A stretch of 64,000 bases of DNA. Origin: Pseudomonadota bacterium. GTDB lineage: Bacteria; Desulfobacterota; Syntrophia; Syntrophales; UBA8958. Below are positions 1-8,671 of the stretch, piece after piece (position 1 is the first letter of the stretch; the number at the start of each line of letters is the position of its first letter). A program made the translations under genes and the position numbers. The notes under the pieces were generated by a model that was given only the letters and a program-made list of their open reading frames with translations, had not been told where the DNA came from and ran no database searches. The stretch spans positions 38,086 to 102,085 of the forward strand of contig JASGUC010000003.1 in assembly GCA_030057915.1 (NCBI GenBank), in the 5' to 3' direction.

Positions 1-189
1 GCCCTGGTCAAGATCGCCGATCTGGCCACCGTCATCGTGGGGGTGGGGATGTTCGCAACCGGGGCGCTCATCCTTCTTATTACCATGATCGCCGTGCATT
101 TCGACCCGGAAGGGATCTGGGCGCGGACGCAATGGGTGGGTCCCGCGGAGACGACGCCGGTCCGGGACCCCCGTAGGGGCGGTTCGTGA
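1..189 (+). CDS. PqiA-family membrane protein, C-terminal fragment (5' end outside window)
   Basis: Frame 1 is open from the window edge to TGA 187-189. The tail ..ATVIVGVGMFATGALILLITMIAVHFDPEGIW is a TM segment ending like the next PqiA-like ORF (..FDPRLIW). Position directly upstream of pqiA/B/C-like genes fits a split two-repeat PqiA. Confidence 0.5.
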   Translation, partial: ALVKIADLATVIVGVGMFATGALILLITMIAVHFDPEGIWARTQWVGPAETTPVRDPRRGGS

Positions 190-209
190 ACCGCCCAAGA
201 GGGCGCGAG

Positions 210-851
210 ATGAGTGTCAGGGAAACATCGGCCATGAGGGCGGGTCTGGCGCTGTGCGGGCACTGCCGGATGTTGTCCAGAATCGTTACGGCGACGGAGG
301 CCAATTACTGCCCCCGCTGCGGCCGCGAGATCGCATACCGGCGTCGGGACGCGATCCAGCGCACCTGGGCCCTTATCGTCGCGGCGGCCATCTGCCTCCT
401 TCCCGCCAACCTCCTCCCCGTAATGAAATCCACAACCCTGGTCGGCGCTTCCGAGGACACGATCATCGGCGGGGTTATCCTCCTGTACCTGTCGGGATCG
501 TGGCACCTGGCCCTGATTGTCCTCGTCGCCAGCGTGATGATCCCCCTGGGCAAGCTCATGTCCCTTGCCTATCTTCTCGTCACGGTGCGGCGCGGCTCGA
601 CGAGGAGCAATCAGGAGAGGATCCGGCTCTATCGGCTTGTCGAATTCATCGGCCGCTGGTCCATGCTCGATGTCTTCGTCATCGCCTTCGTCGTCGCCCT
701 GGTGCGGATCAAGCCCCTCATGGCGGCGCAGCCCCGGGCCGGCATATTATTCTTTGCCGCCGTGGTGATACTGACCATATTCGCGGCCCAAACCTTCGAT
801 CCCCGGCTCATCTGGGACTCCCCCGGGGACGCGACGAGGCGAAATGAGTGA
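210..851 (+). CDS. pqiA: paraquat-inducible protein A (PqiA) family membrane protein
   Basis: ATG 210 with GAGGG SD about 8 nt upstream (alternative GTG 186). N-terminal CGHC..CPRC zinc-ribbon-like motif followed by four hydrophobic segments, as in one PqiA repeat. Stop overlaps the next start (ATGAGTGA). Confidence 0.8.
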   Translation: MSVRETSAMRAGLALCGHCRMLSRIVTATEANYCPRCGREIAYRRRDAIQRTWALIVAAAICLLPANLLPVMKSTTLVGASEDTIIGGVILLYLSGSWHLALIVLVASVMIPLGKLMSLAYLLVTVRRGSTRSNQERIRLYRLVEFIGRWSMLDVFVIAFVVALVRIKPLMAAQPRAGILFFAAVVILTIFAAQTFDPRLIWDSPGDATRRNE

Positions 852-2517
852 AACCAGCCAGGCCAACGACATTCCGGATGCGGTGATCGCGCCGCCCAAG
901 CGGATCCGTTTCTCCGTCGTATGGATCATCCCCATCATCGCCGCCCTGGTGGCCGCCGGCATTGCCGTGGAGCGAATCCTAAACGAGGGCCCGACCATCG
1001 AGATATCCTTCAAGGTGGCCGAGGGTGTCGAGGCCGGCAAGACCTTCGTCAAGTACAAGGACGTCAATATCGGACAGGTCACGGCGGTCAATCTTTCCGA
1101 AGACTACTCCCACGTCGTGGTGACCGCCAAGATCGCCAAGAGAGCCAAGAACCTCCTCGTGAAGGACACGAAGTTCTGGATCATGCATCCCCGGATCACC
1201 ATGAGCGGCGTTTCGGGCATGGGAACCCTGCTTTCGGGAAATTACATCGGCATCGAAGCGGGAAAATCCCAGGAGAAGGCAAAGGAATTCGTCGGTCTCA
1301 ACGCCCCGCCCATCGTCACCGGCGCGGAGCCCGGGCGGCAGTTCGTGCTGAAGGCCGAAGACCTCGGTTCCCTGGGCTACGGCGCTCCCGTTTATTACCG
1401 CCGTCTGAACGTGGGCCAGGTCATCGCCTATGATCTGGCAAGGGACGGAAAGAGCGTGGAGATCAAAATCTTCGTGAATTCGCCCTATGACAGATACGTC
1501 ACCGCCGCCACGCGATTCTGGGAGGCCAGCGGCATCGACGTATCCATGGGGGTCAAGGGGCTGATCGTCCGCACCCAGTCCTTGGCCTCGGTTCTCGCCG
1601 GGGGCATCGCTTTTGAAACCCCTCCCTACGCCCATGGCGGCGCCCCGGCGGCGGAGAATGCCGTCTTCACCCTTTTCGAGAACCAGGAGGCGGCCACGAC
1701 AAGGCATGAAACGAAAGACGATCCGTTCATCCTCGTGTTCGACGAATCCATTCGGGGCCTGTCCGCCGGCGCTCCGCTCACCTACATGGGTCTCGAGATC
1801 GGGGAGGTGAAGAAGGTCGGCCTTTATTACGATCCGGATTCCTATACCTTCAAACCCTATGCCCTGGTGTCCTATTACGAGGAACGCTTCTTTTCGCAGC
1901 TCGACGAGCGGGCCAAAAAGGCCGCCATCCGCGACCATGTCGCCCAGATCTGGCAAGACGAAAAGGACATCCAGAGGCTCATCGACAAGGGGCTGCGGGC
2001 GCAACTACGGCTGGGGAACATCGTTACGGGACAGCTTTACATCGCCTTGGATTATTTCCCCCGGGCCCCCAGGTTCCAGGTGGACTGGACGAAAAGGCCC
2101 CCGCGCCTGCCGGTTATGCCCAGCGGGATGGCGGAATTCCAGACGAAGGTCACGGGCATCCTGGACAAGATCGACAAGATCCCCTTCGACGAGATCGGCA
2201 AGGATGCCAAGACGACCCTGACTGGCCTCGACCAAACGCTCAAGGACGCCCGTCATATGCTGGGACGCATCGATGCGGAGGTGGCCCCGGAGGCGAAGAA
2301 GGCGATGGAGAACCTGGGACGGGCCATGGCGGCGGCCGAGCGGGTCCTGGCCAACACGGACCGCAGCCTGACGGGGCCCGATGCGCCGGTGACGCAGGAG
2401 CTGCGGGAGGCCCTGGGGGAGGTGTCGCGGGCCGCCCGGGCCGTGCGGGTGTTCGTGGAGTATATGGACAAGCATCCGGAGGCCCTGATCCGCGGCAAGG
2501 CCAAGGAGAAGCCATGA
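844..2517 (+). CDS. pqiB: PqiB / MCE (MlaD-domain) family intermembrane transport protein
   Basis: 557 aa. N-terminal TM helix, then three MlaD-like segments (..YKDVNIGQV.., ..YRRLNVGQV.., ..YMGLEIGEVKKV..) and a helical C-terminus. ATGA overlap with the following lipoprotein gene. Confidence 0.88.
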   Translation: MSETSQANDIPDAVIAPPKRIRFSVVWIIPIIAALVAAGIAVERILNEGPTIEISFKVAEGVEAGKTFVKYKDVNIGQVTAVNLSEDYSHVVVTAKIAKRAKNLLVKDTKFWIMHPRITMSGVSGMGTLLSGNYIGIEAGKSQEKAKEFVGLNAPPIVTGAEPGRQFVLKAEDLGSLGYGAPVYYRRLNVGQVIAYDLARDGKSVEIKIFVNSPYDRYVTAATRFWEASGIDVSMGVKGLIVRTQSLASVLAGGIAFETPPYAHGGAPAAENAVFTLFENQEAATTRHETKDDPFILVFDESIRGLSAGAPLTYMGLEIGEVKKVGLYYDPDSYTFKPYALVSYYEERFFSQLDERAKKAAIRDHVAQIWQDEKDIQRLIDKGLRAQLRLGNIVTGQLYIALDYFPRAPRFQVDWTKRPPRLPVMPSGMAEFQTKVTGILDKIDKIPFDEIGKDAKTTLTGLDQTLKDARHMLGRIDAEVAPEAKKAMENLGRAMAAAERVLANTDRSLTGPDAPVTQELREALGEVSRAARAVRVFVEYMDKHPEALIRGKAKEKP

Positions 2518-3161
2518 TCAAGGCGATTGCAATGTCCGCCATATGTTGCGCTGTCGCGGCGTTGATCGGCGCATGCGCCTCCGTGGCCCCCCAGTTGTAC
2601 GCCTTGAGCCCCGTCGCGGCGTCGTCCGGGGAGGCCTCGGACCTTGCCGTGACCGTCGGCCCCGTTTCCGTGCCGGAGGCCGTGGACCGCCCTCAACTCG
2701 TGTCGATCATGGCGCCCCATAAGTTGCGGATCGATGAATTCAACCGCTGGGCCTCCCCACTGAAGAACGACATCCCCCGGGTCGTGGCGGAAAATCTCGC
2801 CGCGCTCCTGGGCTCCCCTTATGTGTCCGTGTTCCCCCAATCGGTAGCGGTGGCCCCCTCCTACCGGGTGGTCATCGACGTGGCGCGATTCGACTACGCT
2901 CCCGGGGTGGAGGTCCGGCTTGGGGCGCTTTGGTCGGTCCGTTCCACCGCCGACGGCAAAAGCCGGAGTGGTGCGGCCACCCTGGTGGAACCGGGCGGGG
3001 GGGTGGCGCCGGCGGCCATGGTCGCGGCCCACAGCCGGATGCTGGGGCGATTGAGCGGGGATATCGCCGCCGCTATCAGGTCGCTGGCGGCGGATGCCCG
3101 CAAGGGGGCCACGGGACCGGCCAAAGGATCGCCGGTGGGAATATCGACCCCCCTGCCCTAG
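2514..3161 (+). CDS. pqiC: PqiC/YmbA-like ABC-transport auxiliary lipoprotein (DUF330)
   Basis: 215 aa with lipobox LIGAC. Conserved RIDEFNRWASPL-type motif. Gene order pqiA-pqiB-pqiC. Confidence 0.75.
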   Translation: MIKAIAMSAICCAVAALIGACASVAPQLYALSPVAASSGEASDLAVTVGPVSVPEAVDRPQLVSIMAPHKLRIDEFNRWASPLKNDIPRVVAENLAALLGSPYVSVFPQSVAVAPSYRVVIDVARFDYAPGVEVRLGALWSVRSTADGKSRSGAATLVEPGGGVAPAAMVAAHSRMLGRLSGDIAAAIRSLAADARKGATGPAKGSPVGISTPLP

Positions 3162-3223
3162 CCGCTCCCGCTCCCGACTTTCCGGCAAATTAGAATGCTT
3201 CTCCCCGCCCGGGATAACCCCTT

Positions 3224-3363
3224 TGTCATTTCGACCGAAGGGAGAAATCCATATCCCGAATGCAATGAGGGACCTTAGGATTTCTCGTCGCTTCGCTCCT
3301 CGAAATGACATTGTCTGTGGATCGTTGCTCGCGCTCCTCGAAATGACATTTTTCAAAGGTCTC
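3224..3363 (+). repeat. palindromic ~80-nt element copy 1 (3224-3310), extra right-arm half copy (3326-3348) and TTTTTCAAAGGTCTC end motif (3349-3363)
   Basis: Termini TGTCATTTCGA / TCGAAATGACA are exact reverse complements. Inner GAGAAATCC / GGATTTCTC are also complementary. Homologous copies lie at 7756-7835 and 22047-22127. Confidence 0.8.
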
Positions 3364-3475
3364 CAATGGATAATCTGGGTTCAAGATTCCCTGGGGGCCT
3401 TCGCCACCTCCGGGCCGCGGCTGGTCCGAAGTTCGACCCCGGACGTTTCTATAATGCCGTCTCCCGGGGGGCCGG

Positions 3476-4363
3476 TCACCGGTCGTATCCGAATTCCTTG
3501 ACCAGTCTTTCGCTGTGGGTCCAGTCCTTCTGTACCCGGACGAAGAGCGTCAGAAAGACCCGGACGGCAAATAGCCTCTCCATTTCGATCCGAGCGGCGG
3601 CGCCGATCCTTTTCAACATGGCGCCCCCTCTGCCTATTACGATCTTCTTCTGCGAATCCCGCTCCACGTTTATGGTCGCCGCGATGCGGACCAGTCCCTT
3701 CCCCTCCTCTTCCTCGAAGGCGTCCACCACGACGGCCGCGGCGTAAGGCACCTCTTTGTGGGTAAAGGCGAGGAGCTTCTCTCGGATGATTTCGGCGGCG
3801 AGAAATCGCTCCGAGCGGTCGGTGACCATGTCTTCGGGAAAATAGGGGGGGCCGGCGGGGAGAAGCTCCCGGATTTCCTGGAGGAGGGCCGGTATGCCTT
3901 CGCCGGTGCGGGCGCACAGGGGGACGAAGGCGCGACAGGGAAAGATCGTCCGGGCTTCGTCGATAAAGGGCAGGAGGACCTCTTTTTTCACCAGATCCGT
4001 CTTGTTGATGCCCAGGATTGCCTGGTTTGCGTAGGTTGTCAGCGTCGCAAGCAGCGCCCGGTCCTCGGAGTGGATGCCCTCGCCCGCCTCGAGGAGCGTC
4101 AGGAGCACATCCACGTCTCCCGCCACTTGGCGCGCCGTTTTCACCATGGCGGCGTTGAGAGGCTTATGGGGATCGTGAATCCCCGGGGTGTCCAGGAAGA
4201 TCATCTGGCTGTCGGTCCCATGCCTGATCCCCATGATCCGGTTGCGGGTCGTCTGGGGTTTGGGGCTGGTAATGGCGATGCTCTCCCCCAGGATGCCGTT
4301 GAGGAGGGTCGATTTGCCCACGTTGGGCCGTCCCACGATGCCGATGAATCCCGATTTGAACAT
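3476..4363 (-). CDS. era: GTPase Era
   Basis: 295 aa with G1 GRPNVGKST, G3 DTPG, G4 NKTD and a C-terminal KH-like region. SD GAGGAGG precedes the ATG. Confidence 0.95.
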   Translation of the reverse strand: MFKSGFIGIVGRPNVGKSTLLNGILGESIAITSPKPQTTRNRIMGIRHGTDSQMIFLDTPGIHDPHKPLNAAMVKTARQVAGDVDVLLTLLEAGEGIHSEDRALLATLTTYANQAILGINKTDLVKKEVLLPFIDEARTIFPCRAFVPLCARTGEGIPALLQEIRELLPAGPPYFPEDMVTDRSERFLAAEIIREKLLAFTHKEVPYAAAVVVDAFEEEEGKGLVRIAATINVERDSQKKIVIGRGGAMLKRIGAAARIEMERLFAVRVFLTLFVRVQKDWTHSERLVKEFGYDR

Positions 4364-4375
4364 ATCGTCCTCCTC

Positions 4376-4505
4376 TTCTAAGTAAGTCGCACGTAACTAA
4401 TTGGATTCTTTAGATACGTGTTTGTCAGTTTCGGGCCGGTTTCCTGGCGCGGACTCGACTTGCTTCTTTTATACAAGCCCGCCAGTCGGCGGTCTGGGGC
4501 GCTTT
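4376..4505 (+). repeat. ~130-nt intergenic repeat family R1, copy 1
   Basis: Roughly 93-95% identical by eye to 8461-8597 (+) and 33601-33732 (-). Runs from TTCTAAGTAAGTCGCACG.. to ..GGCGCTTT. Confidence 0.85.
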
Positions 4506-5512
4506 CAATGACAGAAAAAATGGAAGTCCCCATCCGCCCTTTTGATCTCCACGGCGGCGAGGCGGCAACGGCGCCGTAAGAACTCGATGTTGCAATTTCC
4601 GGGACCGCGAAAGGCGCTCTCCTCCCGGGGGGGGACAAGAAAGACGGCCGTCCGGCCCCGGAGATCGGCCCCCGCAAGGAGGGCCAGGGTCCGCTCCCGC
4701 CAGCGCGCCGAAGCGACCAGGGCCCCGAAGGCGGGATGATAGGGGCCGCCCAGGACCGCGCCGGGCCCGCTGAGGATGTCCGTTGCCTGAAGACCCAGAC
4801 GGATGATGGGGACGCCCGCTTTCGCCAGGATGTCCCAGGCCTGGCGGCAGAGATCGACCGCCGCGGGGAGCGTCAAGGGGGCGTACCGCCCCTGGAGGAA
4901 ATCCTCCGCCAAGGGGCTCCCGGCGAGGACCAGGGTGGGATGGATGCGCACGCCTTGAGGTCCGAGCGCCGCGGTCAGGGAAACGGACTCCAGGAAGGCG
5001 CCGCCGTCGTCGCCGGGCAGACCCGCCATGAGGTGGATGATGACCGCCAGCCCCCGCCGCTGGAGCCTCGCCACGGCGACCACCACGTCCCGGGCGGCAT
5101 GGCCCCGGCCGGAGGCGGCCAGCACGTCGTCGATCAGGGACTGGGCGCCGATTTCCACGGTCCGGACCCCGAAGGCCGCCAGCCGTTCCACATCTTCCTC
5201 GGCCAGGCAATCCGGGCGGGTCGCGACGCGTATTCCGGCGACGGCACCGTCTTCCAGATGCCGTCCGGCCATGCGGAGGAGATTTTCCTGCTCTTTTGGG
5301 GCCAGACCGGTGAAATTTCCCCCGTAAAAGGCGATCTCCGCCCTCTGCCGGGGTTTTTTCCCCGGGGCCGCCGAGGCGAGAAACGCCCGTACTTTCCCGT
5401 GGAAATAGTCCGCCCCCAGCTCCCGGGGATCGACGCCGCCGGAGATCTCCTGGTTGCAGAAATGGCAGCGGTGGGCGCAGCCGCGGTTGCGGAGGAAAAA
5501 GGGGACGATCAT
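4505..5512 (-). CDS. radical SAM protein (ELP3-like core, no acetyltransferase domain)
   Basis: Start MIVPFFLRNRGCAHRCHFCNQ contains the CxxxCxxC cluster motif. ATGA overlap with the rnc stop. The longer ORF-track start (5938) runs antisense-style through rnc and was rejected. Confidence 0.8.
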   Translation of the reverse strand: MIVPFFLRNRGCAHRCHFCNQEISGGVDPRELGADYFHGKVRAFLASAAPGKKPRQRAEIAFYGGNFTGLAPKEQENLLRMAGRHLEDGAVAGIRVATRPDCLAEEDVERLAAFGVRTVEIGAQSLIDDVLAASGRGHAARDVVVAVARLQRRGLAVIIHLMAGLPGDDGGAFLESVSLTAALGPQGVRIHPTLVLAGSPLAEDFLQGRYAPLTLPAAVDLCRQAWDILAKAGVPIIRLGLQATDILSGPGAVLGGPYHPAFGALVASARWRERTLALLAGADLRGRTAVFLVPPREESAFRGPGNCNIEFLRRRCRLAAVEIKRADGDFHFFCH

Positions 5513-6228
5513 GGTTCGACGGCGGCTTTGAAGATATCCCAGGCCTTCCTTGCCGCCTGCTGCTCCGCCTCCTTTCTGCTCTTGCCGACCCCGGTGGCCT
5601 CCAACGCCCCGGCAATCCTGATTGTCACCGCAAAGGTCTTGTCGTGGTCCGGGCCGGATTCGGACTGCAAGAGGTATCGCGGCGTCTCGTGGAAACGGTT
5701 CTGGCAGTATTCCTGGAGGGCCGATTTGTAATCCTGGAAATGAGGGCCGGCGCCGCTGCCTTCGGCGATCGCTTGGGCGAACAGGTCCTTGACCAGGGCC
5801 GCCGCCCGTTCGTAGCCGCCGTCGAGGAAGACCGCGGCGATCACGGCTTCGAAGGCGTCGGCCAGGAGAGAAGATTTCTCCCGACCGCCGGACAGCTCCT
5901 CTCCTTTTCCCAAGAGCAGGCGCCCGCCCAGGCCGCACTTTCTGGCCAGGTTGGCCAGCGAATGCTCGTTGACGATGGCGGCCCTCATCTTGGAGAGCTG
6001 ACCTTCCGTATAGGAGGGGAACCTCCTCATGAGTTCGTCGCTGATGCAGAGCTGAAGGACGGCGTCGCCGAGAAATTCGAGCCGTTCGTTGTCGGAACAG
6101 GGCGCCGTGGGGTTTTCGTTCGTAAAGGAGCGATGAGTGCAGGCGTTCATCAGGAGATGGTGATCGCGGAAGGCGTATCCGAGCGCCGCCGCCAGGGTCT
6201 GCCAGGGAGACGGGACTTCATCGTTCAT
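5509..6228 (-). CDS. rnc: ribonuclease III
   Basis: 239 aa with RNase III signature ERLEFLGDAVL and a C-terminal dsRBD (..KDYKSALQEYCQ..). Confidence 0.95.
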   Translation of the reverse strand: MNDEVPSPWQTLAAALGYAFRDHHLLMNACTHRSFTNENPTAPCSDNERLEFLGDAVLQLCISDELMRRFPSYTEGQLSKMRAAIVNEHSLANLARKCGLGGRLLLGKGEELSGGREKSSLLADAFEAVIAAVFLDGGYERAAALVKDLFAQAIAEGSGAGPHFQDYKSALQEYCQNRFHETPRYLLQSESGPDHDKTFAVTIRIAGALEATGVGKSRKEAEQQAARKAWDIFKAAVEP

Positions 6229-7669
6229 GTGCCGGGGTCCCTAAAAGCGCACGATCATTGGCCAGGGCGGTGATCTTCGTCGGGATGATGGCATTGGTCG
6301 TCACCGCGCTTCCGTGCTTGAAAATCACGGAAAGATAGTTGTGGGACAGGCCCCGGAAGGCCCCGCCACGCCGGTTCTCCCGTCCTTCCACCAGGACCGG
6401 CAGCACGGCGCCGACAAACCTTTCCAGATGCCGCCGACGCTTCCTGCCGCCCAGTTCCCGGAGGATGCGGCAACGCCTCTTTTTCTCCTCCTCCGGGACG
6501 TGGCTATCCATCCGGGCCGCCGCCGTTCCCGGCCGCCGGGAATAGGGAAAGACATGGAGATAGGCGATGGGGGCCGCGGCAACCATGTCCAGGGTATTTG
6601 CGAAGGCCTTTTCGTCTTCCCCGGGAAAGCCCGCCATTGTGTCCATCCCGATGGTCATGTCGGGGCGTAGGGAGGCGGCCTTTTGCAGCAACTCCTGGAA
6701 AAAGGCGCGGTCGTAGTTGCGGCCCATCCTGGCCAGGATGCCGTCATCGCCGCTCTGGAGGGGGATATGGAGGTGAGGACAAACGATCCGGGCGGCGCTC
6801 ATGATCGCCAGGATATCGTCGTCGATTTCCCGGGGCTCCAGGGAACTCAATCGCAAACGTTCCACAAGTCGATAGTCTTCCACGTGTCTCAGTATCTTCG
6901 CCAGCGTGGACCCGTCCCGGCGGTCTTCTCCATAGACCCCCAGGTGGATGCCCGTGAGGACCACCTCCCGATAACCATGACGGGCCAGGCTTTCGATGCG
7001 TGCGATCGCCTCCGCCGCTCCGATGCTGCGGCTTCGCCCCCGGGCATAGGGGACGATGCAATAGCTGCAGAAGGCATTGCAGCCGTCCTGGATCTTCAGG
7101 AAGGCCCGGGTGTGATCCGGAAAGCGGCTGATGGGGGGGAAATCCGCCTCTTCATAGCCGTTGACGGACGCAACATACACCGCCGGCGGCGCCTCCATCC
7201 CCTGGGGATGCCTGTCTCGTAAGGCGGCGATTATTTCCCCCATCCGGTTTTTCTCCCGGGTCCCGGCGACCACGGCGACCCCCGGCATTCCGGAAAAAAC
7301 ATGGGGGGCGGTCTGGGCATAACAGCCGGTGACGATGATGGCCGCCCGGGGATTGAGCTTGCGCGCCCGCCGGATGAGCTGTCGCGACTCATGGTCCGCG
7401 CCCTGGGTGACCGTGCAGGTGTTGATTATATAAATGTCCGCCACGGCGTGGGGATCTACGAGGTGGTAGCCCGCGGCGGCCAGGCATTCCGTCATGGCCG
7501 CCGCTTCGTATTGATTTACCTTGCACCCCAGGGTGGCGACGGCCGCCTTCAGGCGCCCCCCGGCGGGGACGGGGGCCGCCCTGGGGCGCGCATCATGGCG
7601 ATCCGCCGCCGCGGTGGCGAAAACGTCGTCCCCTTCCGGGACGGTGGCGTGGGTCGTTTCCTTTAACAT
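6218..7669 (-). CDS. mtaB: MiaB-like methylthiotransferase, MtaB type
   Basis: N-terminal TLGCKVNQYE..NTCTVT..TGCYAQ UPF0004 cysteines, radical SAM CNAFCSYC, C-terminal TRAM-like region. 11-nt overlap with rnc. Confidence 0.85.
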   Translation of the reverse strand: MLKETTHATVPEGDDVFATAAADRHDARPRAAPVPAGGRLKAAVATLGCKVNQYEAAAMTECLAAAGYHLVDPHAVADIYIINTCTVTQGADHESRQLIRRARKLNPRAAIIVTGCYAQTAPHVFSGMPGVAVVAGTREKNRMGEIIAALRDRHPQGMEAPPAVYVASVNGYEEADFPPISRFPDHTRAFLKIQDGCNAFCSYCIVPYARGRSRSIGAAEAIARIESLARHGYREVVLTGIHLGVYGEDRRDGSTLAKILRHVEDYRLVERLRLSSLEPREIDDDILAIMSAARIVCPHLHIPLQSGDDGILARMGRNYDRAFFQELLQKAASLRPDMTIGMDTMAGFPGEDEKAFANTLDMVAAAPIAYLHVFPYSRRPGTAAARMDSHVPEEEKKRRCRILRELGGRKRRRHLERFVGAVLPVLVEGRENRRGGAFRGLSHNYLSVIFKHGSAVTTNAIIPTKITALANDRALLGTPAHER

Positions 7670-7755
7670 AGCGGAGCCTTTGAAGATTCACGCCCTCCTG
7701 ACGCCCCGACAGACGCCGGCAGCCGGAGCGCCTTGAAAAGACTGGATTTCCCCTT

Positions 7756-7835
7756 TGTCATTTCGACCGAAGGGAGAAATCTTTAACAAACTGCCATGAT
7801 TAGGATTTCTCATCGCTTCGCTCCTCGAAATGACA
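7756..7835 (+). repeat. palindromic ~80-nt element copy 2
   Basis: Same TGTCATTTCGA...TCGAAATGACA termini. Flanked by a perfect 28-nt direct repeat (7713-7740 and 7852-7879). Confidence 0.8.
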
Positions 7836-8108
7836 TTGTCTGATGAAACACACGCCGGCAGCCGGAGCGCCTTGAAAAGGCCGTCTTCCCGCGTTCGCCG
7901 CCATGGCCGTGGGGAATCGGGAACGGCGTCTTTCAGTGGTTTCATAACGTATTCTTTTTTCTGATCTTTTCCTTTTTTTGGCCGAAAGCTTAACCGCGGC
8001 CCGCTTCTTTTGTCAAGGCGAAACGCCACTTGATTTTTTCCTCCGAATTACGCTAATAGGGCCACTGGTGCAATGGTCCCCGAATGCCCGAATGAAAGCG
8101 TCCGTTCC

Positions 8109-8450
8109 ATGGAAACCATATGGTCTGCTATCCACACCCATCAGTTTGCCGTCGTGGCGATCATCGTCGTCGCCCTGATCGTTATCTACTTTCTCTTCAA
8201 GAACCTCATCAAGCTTGCCTTGCTGTTTCTCCTCATCATGGTCCTCACGGGGGGGTATTTCTATCTGACCGCTCCGAAAAAGTCTCCCGAAGACCTCAGC
8301 CGGGCCATCGAGCAGACCCAGAAACATACCGCCGCGATTATCGACAAGAGTAAAGCCGTCTATGGAAAGGGCAGGGAGGCGGTGGAGCGGGGCAAGGAAC
8401 TTACCGACCGAGTCGGCAAGGCGATCGGCGGCCCCCCGGGCCGGGAGTGA
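8109..8450 (+). CDS. hypothetical small membrane protein
   Basis: 113 aa from METIWS. Two clear hydrophobic helices followed by a charged C-terminus. No recognisable family. Confidence 0.45.
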   Translation: METIWSAIHTHQFAVVAIIVVALIVIYFLFKNLIKLALLFLLIMVLTGGYFYLTAPKKSPEDLSRAIEQTQKHTAAIIDKSKAVYGKGREAVERGKELTDRVGKAIGGPPGRE

Positions 8451-8460
8451 TCCCGGCGGC

Positions 8461-8597
8461 TTCTAGGTAAGTCGCACGTAACTAATTGGATTCTTTAGAT
8501 ACGTGTTTGTCAGTTTCGGGCCGGTTTCATGGCGCGGACTCGACTTGCTTCTTTTATTTTTATGCAGGCCCGCCAGTCGGTGGGTTTTCGGCGCTTT
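8461..8597 (+). repeat. repeat family R1, copy 2
   Basis: Near-identical to 4376-4505, with a small insertion (TTTTTA) before the GCCCGCC hairpin. Confidence 0.85.
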
Positions 8598-8671
8598 AAA
8601 AACGCCGCTCCTCTAAATGACATTGTCTGCGGAGGTTTTACGCCCTGCCGCCCGACGACAGGCAGGCAGGA

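Noticed and set aside
3366-3420. GGGTTCAAGATTCCC, resembling a tRNA T-arm.
   Set aside because: The flanking bases do not form a T-stem (CTGGG versus TTCCC), and no acceptor or anticodon arms can be drawn.
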